Positions 29,089 through 38,768 are shown, counted from the stretch's first letter. The stretch: 40,323 nucleotides of DNA from a bacterium (GCA_030698695.1 JAUYMR010000017.1:1-40323), one strand, 5' to 3'. Notes: generated by a model not told the origin, from the letters alone. Made by a program: numbers and translations.

Positions 29089-29120
29089 ACATAGCCCCGC
29101 GTGTCGCGGGCTATGTTTTT
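29089..29120 (+). terminator. Intrinsic terminator
   Basis: ACATAGCCCCGCG-TGT-CGCGGGCTATGT-TTTT. Confidence 0.8.
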
Positions 29121-29195
29121 AGTGGCCATATCGCCGTCAAAAGATAGATGGTTGAGTCTTAGCTCGGTGAGCATTATAATTATAAGAAGATCACT

Positions 29196-30494
29196 ATGTC
29201 AGATATTTTAGTCGTGGTTTTTAATTTGTTGTCAGATTTTTGGGGTATATTTAAAGTTTTTATTGCTGAAACTTGGTGGTTTTGGTTTTTTTTGATTTTG
29301 TTTCCGACTACAAGAGGAGTGTGGCTTTATTGGCGACAACTTCTATATGAGAAATCAGAAAAATATATTTTATTGGAAATTAGAATGCCTAGAGAAATTG
29401 ACAAGGGTCCGCGTGTTATGGAACAGGTCCTAAAGTCTATTCATGCTATGGCAAACGCGCCAGCCAATATTTCAGATAAATATTGGGAAGGAGAAACTCC
29501 AAGAACTTTTTCATTTGAAATAGTCAGTTTCGGCGGAGAAGTGCGTTTTTATATACGAGTTTATCATAAATATAAGACTTTGGTTTCAGCCGCCTTCTTT
29601 TCTTATTACAAGGACGTAGAAATGGTTGAAGTAGATGATTATATGAAAAAATTGCCGGCCGACATGATTGAGGTGGCCAAGATGGATTATGATATATGGG
29701 GCACGGAAATGGTTTTGACAAAGCCCTCAGTTTATCCGGTTAAGACCTATGTTGATTTTGAAACTCCAGATGAAGAATTACAATTAGATCCAATTTCATC
29801 TTTTTTGGAAGTTTTGAGTAAAGTCAAAAAGCGTGAAGTGGTTGTTATTCAAATTGTAACCACTTCAGCTAGCGCTAACTGGTATGCTAAATATCAGTCA
29901 ATAATAGACGATCTGCGCAAGCCACGAACTAAGTCGCTAGATCTTGATAGTGGATTTCCATCTATGAGGACTCCTGGAGAAACTGACATTCTTAAAGCAG
30001 TAGAGGAAAATATTAGCAAATCGGCGTTCAATGCCGTTATTAGATTTATCTATTTGTCGCCTAAGAATATCTTCTATGACAGCTTTGCTCGTCGTGGCAT
30101 AATAGGGTCCTTTAATCAGTACAGTACCCTAAACCTTAATTCTTTCAGACAGAATTTCGACATGAGTACGATGACTATGATTTGGTATTGGCCGCATTTA
30201 TTTACAAAAACCAGAGCGCAATTACGCAAACAGAGATTGTTTTATCTTCTTCGTAGGCGTATGATGCCACCCGAAACTAGTATGGGGAAATTTTTAAGTT
30301 CACATTTATTAAATTGGAATAAGCATTCGCAAACCGTTGAATTAAACACTCAAGTGTTAGCAACTTTATTTCATCCACCCGCTAAAACAGTTTTAACTGC
30401 CCCGCATATCAAGCGAGTGGAAAGCCGCAAAGCTGGTCCGCCGGCCGGATTGGAAATTTTTGGAGATGAAAAAGCTTTAGAAAAATTTGAATAA
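29196..30494 (+). CDS. Conserved hypothetical membrane-anchored protein associated with VirD4-like ATPases
   Basis: N-terminal TM; LLEI..P.E....P..MEQV, FSFEI, EV.DY, LATLFHPP, ES.KA.PP motifs that I associate with such loci. Confidence 0.75.
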   Translation: MSDILVVVFNLLSDFWGIFKVFIAETWWFWFFLILFPTTRGVWLYWRQLLYEKSEKYILLEIRMPREIDKGPRVMEQVLKSIHAMANAPANISDKYWEGETPRTFSFEIVSFGGEVRFYIRVYHKYKTLVSAAFFSYYKDVEMVEVDDYMKKLPADMIEVAKMDYDIWGTEMVLTKPSVYPVKTYVDFETPDEELQLDPISSFLEVLSKVKKREVVVIQIVTTSASANWYAKYQSIIDDLRKPRTKSLDLDSGFPSMRTPGETDILKAVEENISKSAFNAVIRFIYLSPKNIFYDSFARRGIIGSFNQYSTLNLNSFRQNFDMSTMTMIWYWPHLFTKTRAQLRKQRLFYLLRRRMMPPETSMGKFLSSHLLNWNKHSQTVELNTQVLATLFHPPAKTVLTAPHIKRVESRKAGPPAGLEIFGDEKALEKFE

Positions 30495-30499
30495 AAATT

Positions 30500-31153
30500 A
30501 TGGCTGATCAAAAAGGCGGCAAAAAACCGGTAGGCAATAAAAAGGGCGGCAACGAGGCGTCGTGGCTTTATATTATTTCAGCGCCGTTAATATTGGCCAT
30601 TTTAGTCGCGTTGCCGTTTATTCCTAAATTATTAGGTGGCGATTATCTAGCTGTTAAACTTTGGTCGGGATATGTTTTGAAAATATGGCGATTATTAGCT
30701 CCATTTTTTATTGTTGTAGACGTGGCGCTCGTAGTTACGGCGGTATATTTACTATTTGTTATTTGGCCGATTAATCCGCGCGTGAGTATGGCTGGTATTT
30801 TTAAGAAGAGGCATAAAAAAGCTATGGATAAAAATCCGAAACTTATTCAGCGCTGGAAAGAAATACAACAAAAAATAGCTACAGGAAATCCGGAAAATTT
30901 GCGCTTGGCGGTAGTCGCTAGTGATGCTTTGGTAGATGCTTGGTTAAAAAAATCCGGCTATCAAGGCGATAGTTTTGCCGAGAGGGTTTCGGTCATAAGA
31001 TCGGATCAAGTTAAGAGTTTTAATGCCATGTGGCAAGCGCATAGATTGCGCAATGACTTAGTTCATAATCCGGAATTTACTCTGAGCGCCAATCAAGCTA
31101 AAGACGCCATAACCGCTTATGAAAATTTCTTAAAAGAAATGGGCGCGCTTTAA
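30500..31153 (+). CDS. Hypothetical membrane protein with a helical C-terminal domain (AH..RN..VH motif)
   Basis: Two TM segments; WQAHRLRNDLVH resembles a HEPN-like RxxxxH motif. Confidence 0.75.
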   Translation: MADQKGGKKPVGNKKGGNEASWLYIISAPLILAILVALPFIPKLLGGDYLAVKLWSGYVLKIWRLLAPFFIVVDVALVVTAVYLLFVIWPINPRVSMAGIFKKRHKKAMDKNPKLIQRWKEIQQKIATGNPENLRLAVVASDALVDAWLKKSGYQGDSFAERVSVIRSDQVKSFNAMWQAHRLRNDLVHNPEFTLSANQAKDAITAYENFLKEMGAL

Positions 31154-31165
31154 CGATAAATTGAA

Positions 31166-32605
31166 ATGGCTCAAGAAAATAAAATTCAAATAATTAAATA
31201 TGCTCCGCCGCCACCGGAATTGCCCGTGCTTGGAAAGGTTGATCCAGATCAGGCCTCTTTTATTGGGCGTACTAATTATGTGTCAGCGCTGGAAGAAAAG
31301 AAATTTGTTTTCGGCATTAAAAGAGAAGACCGCAAGCGTCATTTGTATATAGTCGGGAAGGGCGGCGTTGGTAAATCTAAGTTGTTGGAGTTATTGATTA
31401 GACAAGATATAGCCAGTGGCCGGGGTCTATGCCTTATGGATCCCCACGGTGATGTGATTGAAGATATGTTGGCCTTTATTCCCGAAGATCGTATGGAAGA
31501 CGTGGTGATAATTGATCCGTCAGATAGCGACTATCCGGTGTCTTTTAATCCATTAGCCGATACTGATCCATCTTTAAAACATCAGCTTGCGCAAGGTCTT
31601 ATAGGGGTTATGGAGAAACAATTTGGAGCTAATTGGACCCCTCGTTTGGAGCATGTGTTTCGTTTTACAACTCTGGCGTTGTTGGATTATCCACACGCCA
31701 CTATGAGAGGCATGATTTTTATGTTGACCGATCATAATTATCGCCAAAAAGTTATTGAATATATTGAAGACGATATGGTTAAGCGTTTTTGGGCTATTGA
31801 GTTTGCCGATTGGTCAGAAAAATTTGATACCGATGCCATTATTCCATTAGTAAATAAATTGGGGCAATTTTTGTTTGACCCAATGTTGCGCAATATCTTT
31901 GGACAAAAAGAAAATAAGATAGATCTTTATAAGCTAATGAATGAACATAAAATAGTGTTTATTAACTTATCCAAGGGCAAATTGGGAGAGGAAAATTCTA
32001 GTTTCTTTGGAGCCATGTTTATTACCAAAATTAAGCAAGCGGGCATGCAACGAGCGCGCATGACAGAAAAACAACGCCCTGATTTTTATCTTTATATTGA
32101 TGAGTTCCACAATGTGGTTACGGAAACTTTTGAAAACTTACTTTCCGAAGCCAGAAAATACAGTTTATGCATCACGTTGGCTCATCAATATATGGGACAG
32201 TTATTGCCGAGAGTGCAGGCGGCTGTTTTGGGCAATGTCGGTTCTATGATTGTTTTTCGTGTTGGTGGCGCTGACGCGACAATCTTGGAATCAGAAATGG
32301 CGCCCTTATTTAAGATTAAAGATATGATAAATTTGGGCAAACAACAATTTTATATAAAATTAATGATTGATGGGGAATCTTATGACCCGTTTTCAGCCAT
32401 GACACTTAAAGTGTTAGAGTCTAACCATTCATCTTATCGTGATAAGATCATGGAAATTTCGCGGCGTAAATATTCTATCCCAGCCGATGCCGCTAAGAAA
32501 TTAATTGATGAGGATGAGTCTAGTGTTTTGCATAGCGCGCAGGACGAGGCCATTATCGCTGGCAATAAGAATTTTTCAACAGATCAAATAAAACATCATT
32601 TTTAA
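31166..32605 (+). CDS. VirD4/TraD/HerA-like (type IV coupling protein-like) ATPase
   Basis: Walker A GKGGVGKS, DPHGD, Walker B LYIDEF, SEARKY, AHQY. Confidence 0.9.
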   Translation: MAQENKIQIIKYAPPPPELPVLGKVDPDQASFIGRTNYVSALEEKKFVFGIKREDRKRHLYIVGKGGVGKSKLLELLIRQDIASGRGLCLMDPHGDVIEDMLAFIPEDRMEDVVIIDPSDSDYPVSFNPLADTDPSLKHQLAQGLIGVMEKQFGANWTPRLEHVFRFTTLALLDYPHATMRGMIFMLTDHNYRQKVIEYIEDDMVKRFWAIEFADWSEKFDTDAIIPLVNKLGQFLFDPMLRNIFGQKENKIDLYKLMNEHKIVFINLSKGKLGEENSSFFGAMFITKIKQAGMQRARMTEKQRPDFYLYIDEFHNVVTETFENLLSEARKYSLCITLAHQYMGQLLPRVQAAVLGNVGSMIVFRVGGADATILESEMAPLFKIKDMINLGKQQFYIKLMIDGESYDPFSAMTLKVLESNHSSYRDKIMEISRRKYSIPADAAKKLIDEDESSVLHSAQDEAIIAGNKNFSTDQIKHHF

Positions 32606-32641
32606 TGACTAACAAAATTTATTTGGCAATTTTACAAGTCA

Positions 32642-33046
32642 ATGGTTAAAGTAATGGTTTTTGGTGTTTTTGACGGTCTGCACGAAGGGCACAGATTTTT
32701 TATTAACGAAGCCAAAAAGCAGGGGAACAAATTAGTGATTGTGGTTGCTCGGGATTCAATTGTTGAATTGCTTAAAAACAAAAAACCATCACACAATGAG
32801 GTAGAGCGACAGCGGCAATTGGCTGATTGCGAGAGGGGCGCGATGGTTATATTGGGCGATAGAGAAATGGGCGCATATGAGGTAATTAAACAATACGAAC
32901 CGGACGTTATTTGTTTGGGATACGATCAGGAAGCGTTAGCAACTGACTTGCGTCATAAAATGAAAGCGGGGGCTATTCCAGATGTTAAATTAATAGAAAT
33001 AGGTTCACATAAATCAGATAAATATCATAGCTCACTACTTCTTTAG
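32642..33046 (+). CDS. Cytidylyltransferase-like nucleotidyltransferase (archaeal FAD synthase RibL-like)
   Basis: GVFDGLHEGH (HxGH), VVARD, PDVICLGYDQ, HSS. Confidence 0.85.
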   Translation: MVKVMVFGVFDGLHEGHRFFINEAKKQGNKLVIVVARDSIVELLKNKKPSHNEVERQRQLADCERGAMVILGDREMGAYEVIKQYEPDVICLGYDQEALATDLRHKMKAGAIPDVKLIEIGSHKSDKYHSSLLL

Positions 33047-33121
33047 TTCGCGCGTTCATTTGCCGAAATTTTGTTAAAGGAGGGGCAAATTACAAAATAG
33101 ACATCTAATTACAGATTTATT

Positions 33122-34243
33122 ATGAGCATGTATTGGGAGTTCAAAGCCGATTTTCAATCTTTGGATGAGAATAAAATTGAAGAGATATTAAATTGGTTGA
33201 CCGTGTATGCCAATGTCGCAAGCAGCGACAAGGAATTTATTTTTTTGTTCTGTCATGGCAAAAGAAATTATCTACTTTCGTCAGTTTTTTTACATCGCGG
33301 AAATAAGATGGAAGGTCAGTTACGGGAAATAAATATGCGAGATTGGTCAGATTGGAAAGATGGCGACAGCATAACTATTGGATTCGCACTTCCTTTCGCG
33401 GACAATCCGGAAAATTTAGATATTTTAAAAAAATCTTCAGTATGGGCTGATTTCGGAACGGTTGTCCGCAAAAATCAAGAAAAAGAATTTAATGATTGGA
33501 TCGGCCAACTTCGGCTTAACAGAAAAGACGGGAAAATTAGTTTTGGGGTTTTCTATCTATGTTTTTTAAAGGGTAGTAAATCTCTTACTATTAGACCCCC
33601 ATCTTCGGACTTATCGGAATTTTTATTCAAAAGCAGAGAATTTCACGAACTTTTAAAAGAATTTTCACTCTTCATAAAGCCGATAAGCGCGGGCATTCAT
33701 TTTGAGGGCGGTGAGATGGGGTATAGCAAGGCATTCGTTTCTAAAACAAGATCAATTTGCGCTTACGATGGAAGACTGGAAACAATCCCCGCTATAGAAG
33801 TAACTTCTGCTGGAGTGACGCGTGGGCCGTGTTTTTATCCTTTTACTGATCGCTGGGGATCGATCATCGCCGATGTTATGGAAAAACATCTTGGTTGGAA
33901 GCGCGACGCTAACCGATTGCGTGAGCTTTTGGATCTAAATATCAACTGCAAGGAATTGATTTTGAACGAAAAAGAAACTCGAGAATTAAAGGAATTGCTT
34001 TCGTGGGATGGCGAGAGCGAAAAAGCTAGGCGCGCTGAATTTTGGAACATAGTAAATGGTCCCTTTGATGAAAAAGTTATGACCGCCTTTTTGTCTTCGG
34101 CAGATCATGCTAAGCAACTTAGAGAACTTGGATCCAAACTTCCTTATGAAGAGGTGCTTATTGTTGAAAATATTCAAGAAATTGCCGATTTTATTGAGGA
34201 CGTGGAAAAACAAGGGTTTGTTATAAAAATCGGTGGCCAATAA
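33122..34243 (+). CDS. Hypothetical protein (373 aa)
   Basis: Long open frame; no recognisable motif. Confidence 0.75.
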   Translation: MSMYWEFKADFQSLDENKIEEILNWLTVYANVASSDKEFIFLFCHGKRNYLLSSVFLHRGNKMEGQLREINMRDWSDWKDGDSITIGFALPFADNPENLDILKKSSVWADFGTVVRKNQEKEFNDWIGQLRLNRKDGKISFGVFYLCFLKGSKSLTIRPPSSDLSEFLFKSREFHELLKEFSLFIKPISAGIHFEGGEMGYSKAFVSKTRSICAYDGRLETIPAIEVTSAGVTRGPCFYPFTDRWGSIIADVMEKHLGWKRDANRLRELLDLNINCKELILNEKETRELKELLSWDGESEKARRAEFWNIVNGPFDEKVMTAFLSSADHAKQLRELGSKLPYEEVLIVENIQEIADFIEDVEKQGFVIKIGGQ

Positions 34244-34300
34244 TATGGTGGCAGTGTGTTATTATAAACATTTTAGCTAATTTTTTGCTATAATATCAAT

Positions 34301-36151
34301 ATGGCTGAAGCTTGGGAAAGTCAACAACCAGAATTGGGCAAGAATGTGGTTTATTTCGGTAAAACCGATTTCCGAAATGATGAGCGTCTTTTTGGCATTA
34401 AAAGAAAGGATCGTCGACAGCATATGTATATTGTTGGCAAAACCGGTACCGGTAAGTCGGTTTTAATAAATAACTTAATAATACAGGATATATCCAACGG
34501 CGATGGCGTTTGCGTAGTTGATCCTCATGGCGAATTAGTGGAGGGTGTTTTGTCTAGCATTCCCAAATCTCGCGAGAAGGATATTATTTATTTTAATCCC
34601 GCTGATACAGAATTTCCTATCGGCTTCAATGTTTTAGAATTGCCAGATCCTAAATACAAACATTTGGTCGCTTCTGGGTTGATGGGTATTTTTACTAAGA
34701 TTTGGTCTAATGTTTGGTCGGCTAGAATGGAATATATTTTGAATAATGCCATTTTGGCCTTATTAGATACGCCAAATACTACACTCTTGGGCATACCGCG
34801 ATTGTTGGTTGACAAAGAGTATCGTCAAAAAATCATCAATAATCTTAAAGATCCGGTAGTTAAGGCTTTTTGGGTCAACGAATACGAGGAATGGCAAGAT
34901 AAATTTAGAAACGAAGCTATCGCGCCTATTCAAAACAAAGTAGGTCAGTTTTTATCTACGGCTATCGTGCGCAATGTGGTGGGGCAGAGCAGAAGTACTA
35001 TCAATATTTTTGATTTGATGAATTCGCAAAAGATTTTTTTGGTTAATGTTTCTAAGGGGCGTATCGGTGAGGATAATGCGGCTTTATTGGGCGCCATGAT
35101 TATTACCAAAATTCAACTCTCGGCCATGGAGAGGGTCCGCATCCCAGAAGAAAACCGTAAAGATTTTTATCTTTACGTTGATGAGTTTCAGAACTTTGCC
35201 ACCGATTCTTTCGCCAACGTTCTTTCGGAAGCTAGAAAGTATCGTCTGGATTTAATTATTGCCCATCAATATGTCGGCCAGTTGGTAACCGATGTTTCTA
35301 CCAAGGTTCGCGATGCTGTTTTTGGAAACGTTGGCACCATGGTTGTCTTTAGAGTGGGAGCGGCGGACGCAGAATTCTTAGAAAGCGAATTTGAGCCAGA
35401 GTTCACTATACAAGATATCGTGAATCTGCCCAATTATCGCATTTATCTAAAATTGATGGTGGACGGAGTTACTTCGCGGCCGTTTTCGGCAGCGACATTG
35501 CCGCCGTTGAAAATGAAGACAGATGTGGTTTCGGCGAATGAGGTTGTTGATGGTTCTAGGCGAAGATATGCCAAATCTCGTCAAGAGGTGGAAGATGAGG
35601 TGTATAGTTGGAGTACCGGTTCTCCGATGGGCGTATCAGAAGAGGGCGCTAGCGCTGGCGGCAGTAGTGGGGCTGGCAGTAAGAAAATCGCGGCAGGTTT
35701 ACATTCGGCAGTATGTTCTAGTTGCGGCAAGGAAACCAAAGTTCCTTTTAAGCCAATCGCAGGCCGACCGGTTTTTTGTTCAGAATGTTACGCTAAAGCA
35801 AAAGCGGGCGAAATATCTTTAGGTGGCTCTGAGCGTGGAAGTAGGCCCGCTAAGGAATCATCATCCTCGGTATCTAATCTAGCAGATATAGGCATTGAAT
35901 TTGAAAGTCTCAAGTCGTTTGATCGGCCGCAAAAGCGTGAAGGGCCCAGTCCATCCCTTCCCAGAGGAACTCGTGAGATGCCACCCAGACCTAGGGCACA
36001 CCAAACACTTACTCTTAGCGATTTAAAAGCAACCCAATCGCCGATTAACAAAGAAGTTAAATTAAAAACATTGAAACCATCAAAAACATCGCCGGATGTT
36101 GGTAGTATCAAAGAGGCATTAAAGGAAGCCTTGAAGAAAAAAAATAACTGA
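34301..36151 (+). CDS. VirD4/TraD-like ATPase with C-terminal CxxC-x17-CxxC zinc-ribbon domain
   Basis: GKTGTGKS, DPHGE, LYVDEFQNF, SEARKY; CSSCGKETKVPFKPIAGRPVFCSEC. Confidence 0.92.
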   Translation: MAEAWESQQPELGKNVVYFGKTDFRNDERLFGIKRKDRRQHMYIVGKTGTGKSVLINNLIIQDISNGDGVCVVDPHGELVEGVLSSIPKSREKDIIYFNPADTEFPIGFNVLELPDPKYKHLVASGLMGIFTKIWSNVWSARMEYILNNAILALLDTPNTTLLGIPRLLVDKEYRQKIINNLKDPVVKAFWVNEYEEWQDKFRNEAIAPIQNKVGQFLSTAIVRNVVGQSRSTINIFDLMNSQKIFLVNVSKGRIGEDNAALLGAMIITKIQLSAMERVRIPEENRKDFYLYVDEFQNFATDSFANVLSEARKYRLDLIIAHQYVGQLVTDVSTKVRDAVFGNVGTMVVFRVGAADAEFLESEFEPEFTIQDIVNLPNYRIYLKLMVDGVTSRPFSAATLPPLKMKTDVVSANEVVDGSRRRYAKSRQEVEDEVYSWSTGSPMGVSEEGASAGGSSGAGSKKIAAGLHSAVCSSCGKETKVPFKPIAGRPVFCSECYAKAKAGEISLGGSERGSRPAKESSSSVSNLADIGIEFESLKSFDRPQKREGPSPSLPRGTREMPPRPRAHQTLTLSDLKATQSPINKEVKLKTLKPSKTSPDVGSIKEALKEALKKKNN

Positions 36152-36223
36152 TTATTATATAAACTCTAATAAAAATGATTTAAGATTCATGATTTATGAA
36201 TTGAACGTCATACGTTAAAGACG

Positions 36224-36796
36224 ATGCTTACTTATAACGATTTAAAAACAGGCACGGTTTTTGTTTTAGACGGAGAGCCCTATGAGGTTTTGAGCTACGA
36301 ATTCTTACGCATGCAACAACGAAAGCCGGTGGCTAAAACTAAAATTAGAAACTTGATTAATGGCAAGATTGTTGAGCGCAATTTCCATCAAAGTGAAAGT
36401 TTTGAAGAAGCCGAGATTGATAAAGTGCCTATCAAATATCTTTATAATCATAGAGACGAATATTGGTTTTGTGACAAAGATAATCCCGCTCATAGGTTTT
36501 CCTTAAGCAGAGAATCATTGGGCTCTCAGATAGATTTTGTTAAACCCAACAGCGAAGTTTTATCATTAAAATTCGGTGAGAAATTTATCGGCATCAAGCC
36601 GCCGATTAAGGTTGATCTTGAAGTTAAGGAGACCCCGCCAGGAGAAAGGGGAGATACGGCTACGGGCGGGAAAAAAGCGGCCATTTTGGAAACTGGGGCC
36701 GTGGTGCAGGTGCCGTTGTTTATAAATATTGGAGATGTTATCAGGGTCAATTCTGAAAGTGGAGAGTACGTGGAGAGGGCGGAAAAATCTAAATAA
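36224..36796 (+). CDS. efp: Elongation factor P
   Basis: TPPGERGDTATGGKKA.LETGA.VQVPLFI..GD. Confidence 0.96.
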   Translation: MLTYNDLKTGTVFVLDGEPYEVLSYEFLRMQQRKPVAKTKIRNLINGKIVERNFHQSESFEEAEIDKVPIKYLYNHRDEYWFCDKDNPAHRFSLSRESLGSQIDFVKPNSEVLSLKFGEKFIGIKPPIKVDLEVKETPPGERGDTATGGKKAAILETGAVVQVPLFINIGDVIRVNSESGEYVERAEKSK

Positions 36797-36797
36797 T

Positions 36798-36825
36798 AAA
36801 AACCCGGGCGTGAAGCTCGGGTCTT
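36798..36825. terminator. Terminator between efp and the convergent orphan gene
   Basis: AAAAACCCGGGC-GTGAA-GCTCGGGTCTT. Confidence 0.7.
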
Positions 36826-36844
36826 GAATTGGTTGCGATATTTC

Positions 36845-37390
36845 TTATTTTTTTCCTTGGCGAATCATTGCTCGCAATTTTTTTAGTCCAATGATTCTTT
36901 GAGCCAGACTTCTAACGTCTCTCACGAACGCCCTCTCTTTATCAGCTCTTTTTTGAGCTAGAGTTCGCCGGACATATTTTTTATAAAATTCCCGCAGATC
37001 ATCTTGCCACTTTCTAGATTTATTACACACCGTGTTGCATATCCTCGGATAGCGGTTGCCCTTGTCATATGTTATGCCACAACTAAACAAAATGATTTCG
37101 TCACCATCTTTACCATCATCAGTGGCAGTTAATTTTAATCTATATATTTTAAAACTAGATTCATATTCTTCCAGACAAGCAGTTAATTTAAAGCGTTTCA
37201 GTCGTAGCGATCTTTCGGTTTGAGTCATGACTCCTGTGGAGATTTTTTTATTACTATTTGATTCGGCATCAATAAGATTTGCTATCATATTCCATATTTT
37301 TTTATGGTTTGACGCGATGTCTCTGCGACGGACGGGTATTCCGATCGCGGGATTTGTTGGGAAATCCAACAAGATTGTGTTACGCCCCAT
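36845..37390 (-). CDS. Hypothetical basic protein (~181 aa)
   Basis: AGGAGGTG SD upstream of ATG 37390 (GTG 37393 is an alternative); Arg/Lys-rich. Confidence 0.75.
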   Translation of the reverse strand: MGRNTILLDFPTNPAIGIPVRRRDIASNHKKIWNMIANLIDAESNSNKKISTGVMTQTERSLRLKRFKLTACLEEYESSFKIYRLKLTATDDGKDGDEIILFSCGITYDKGNRYPRICNTVCNKSRKWQDDLREFYKKYVRRTLAQKRADKERAFVRDVRSLAQRIIGLKKLRAMIRQGKK

Positions 37391-37482
37391 CACAACACCT
37401 CCTTTTTAAAGGTACCTCTAATATATTTTCACGTTTCTACCATCTCTGTCAATTTTTTAAAACTTATCATAAGATTATAAAC

Positions 37483-38760
37483 ATGAAAGTCCATTTTATA
37501 GGTATCGGCGGCATAGGTGTTTCTGCTATCGCGCGTATGATGCTGTTTGGGGGGCATGAAGTAACTGGTTCCGATGTGTCAACTTCAATAATCACCGACC
37601 AATTAATCAAATTGGGCGCCAAAGTCGCCATTGGTCAAAATCGCGATAATATAAAAAAACCGGATTTGGTAATCTATACTTCGGCTATTGGAAATAAAAA
37701 TGAGGAATTAGCCGAAGTTAGACGTTTAAAAATTCCGATTTATTCTTATCCAGAGATTTTAGGGAAGATGTCGGTTGATAAATATACTATTGCTATTGCT
37801 GGCACGCACGGTAAAACCACCACTACGGCTATGATCGGTAAAATTTTAATGGACGCCAAACTATCGCCCACGGTTATCGTGGGTAGCTTGTTGAAAGATA
37901 AAAAATCGAATTTCGTTAGTGGTCGGAGCAACTATCTAGTAGTGGAAGCGTGTGAATACAAAAGATCGTTTCTAAATATCAATCCGATCATTGCCGTCAT
38001 TACTAATATTGATAATGACCATCTGGATTATTATGGCAACATCTCCGGAGTAATTAAGGGCTTTAGTGAATTTGCGGCCAAGTTGCCTAAAGATGGTTAT
38101 TTAGTTTGCGATTCTCATCAGCCGCATATCGTTAAGGCCATCAAACATGCCAAATGTAAGGTTGTTGATTATACTAAGTTATCGCGCAATTTTAGATTAA
38201 AAATTCCCGGTGATCATAATTTGAATAATGCACAAGCGGCCTCCGCGGTGGCTAAAATACTTAAAGTTTCTCAAGCCACGATTAAAAAATCTTTAGAAGG
38301 TTATTTAGGTACTTGGCGACGCTTTGAATACAAAGGTAAAACCAAAAATGGCGCGTTGGTTTATGATGACTACGCTCATCATCCGACGGAAATAAAGGCC
38401 ACCCTAACTGCCGCGCGTCAAAAATTTGGCTCACAAAAGATAATATGCGTTTTTCAGCCCCACTTGTTTAGTCGCACCAAATTATTACTTAATGATTTTG
38501 CTAGGAGTTTTGGTGATGCCGATGAAGTTATAGTAGGAGATATATATGCGGCGCGCGAATATGCCAATGATAATAGGACTGGCGTTATTAAATTAGTCCA
38601 AAAAATAAGCAAGTATCATCCACGTATTGTTTATGGTAATAGTCCTAGAAAAATACTTTCTCTATTGACCGATAATGTGGAACGTGGTAATGTAGTGTTT
38701 ACTATGGGGGCCGGAGATGTTTATAAGATAGGAGAGAGATTATTACGCAGTAAGTCATAA
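37483..38760 (+). CDS. murC: UDP-N-acetylmuramate--L-alanine ligase
   Basis: HFIGIGGIGVS, AGTHGKTTT, EACEY, DDYAHHPTEI, FQPH; start MKVHF. Confidence 0.97.
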   Translation: MKVHFIGIGGIGVSAIARMMLFGGHEVTGSDVSTSIITDQLIKLGAKVAIGQNRDNIKKPDLVIYTSAIGNKNEELAEVRRLKIPIYSYPEILGKMSVDKYTIAIAGTHGKTTTTAMIGKILMDAKLSPTVIVGSLLKDKKSNFVSGRSNYLVVEACEYKRSFLNINPIIAVITNIDNDHLDYYGNISGVIKGFSEFAAKLPKDGYLVCDSHQPHIVKAIKHAKCKVVDYTKLSRNFRLKIPGDHNLNNAQAASAVAKILKVSQATIKKSLEGYLGTWRRFEYKGKTKNGALVYDDYAHHPTEIKATLTAARQKFGSQKIICVFQPHLFSRTKLLLNDFARSFGDADEVIVGDIYAAREYANDNRTGVIKLVQKISKYHPRIVYGNSPRKILSLLTDNVERGNVVFTMGAGDVYKIGERLLRSKS

Positions 38761-38768
38761 TAAAAATA

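Noticed and set aside
29196-36151. Conjugative element (ICE)
   Set aside because: No integrase, relaxase, VirB genes or att repeats; embedded among core genes
1752-37931. Numerous short ORFs overlapping conserved genes on the opposite strand or in alternate frames
   Set aside because: Expected shadow ORFs with no motifs or start signals
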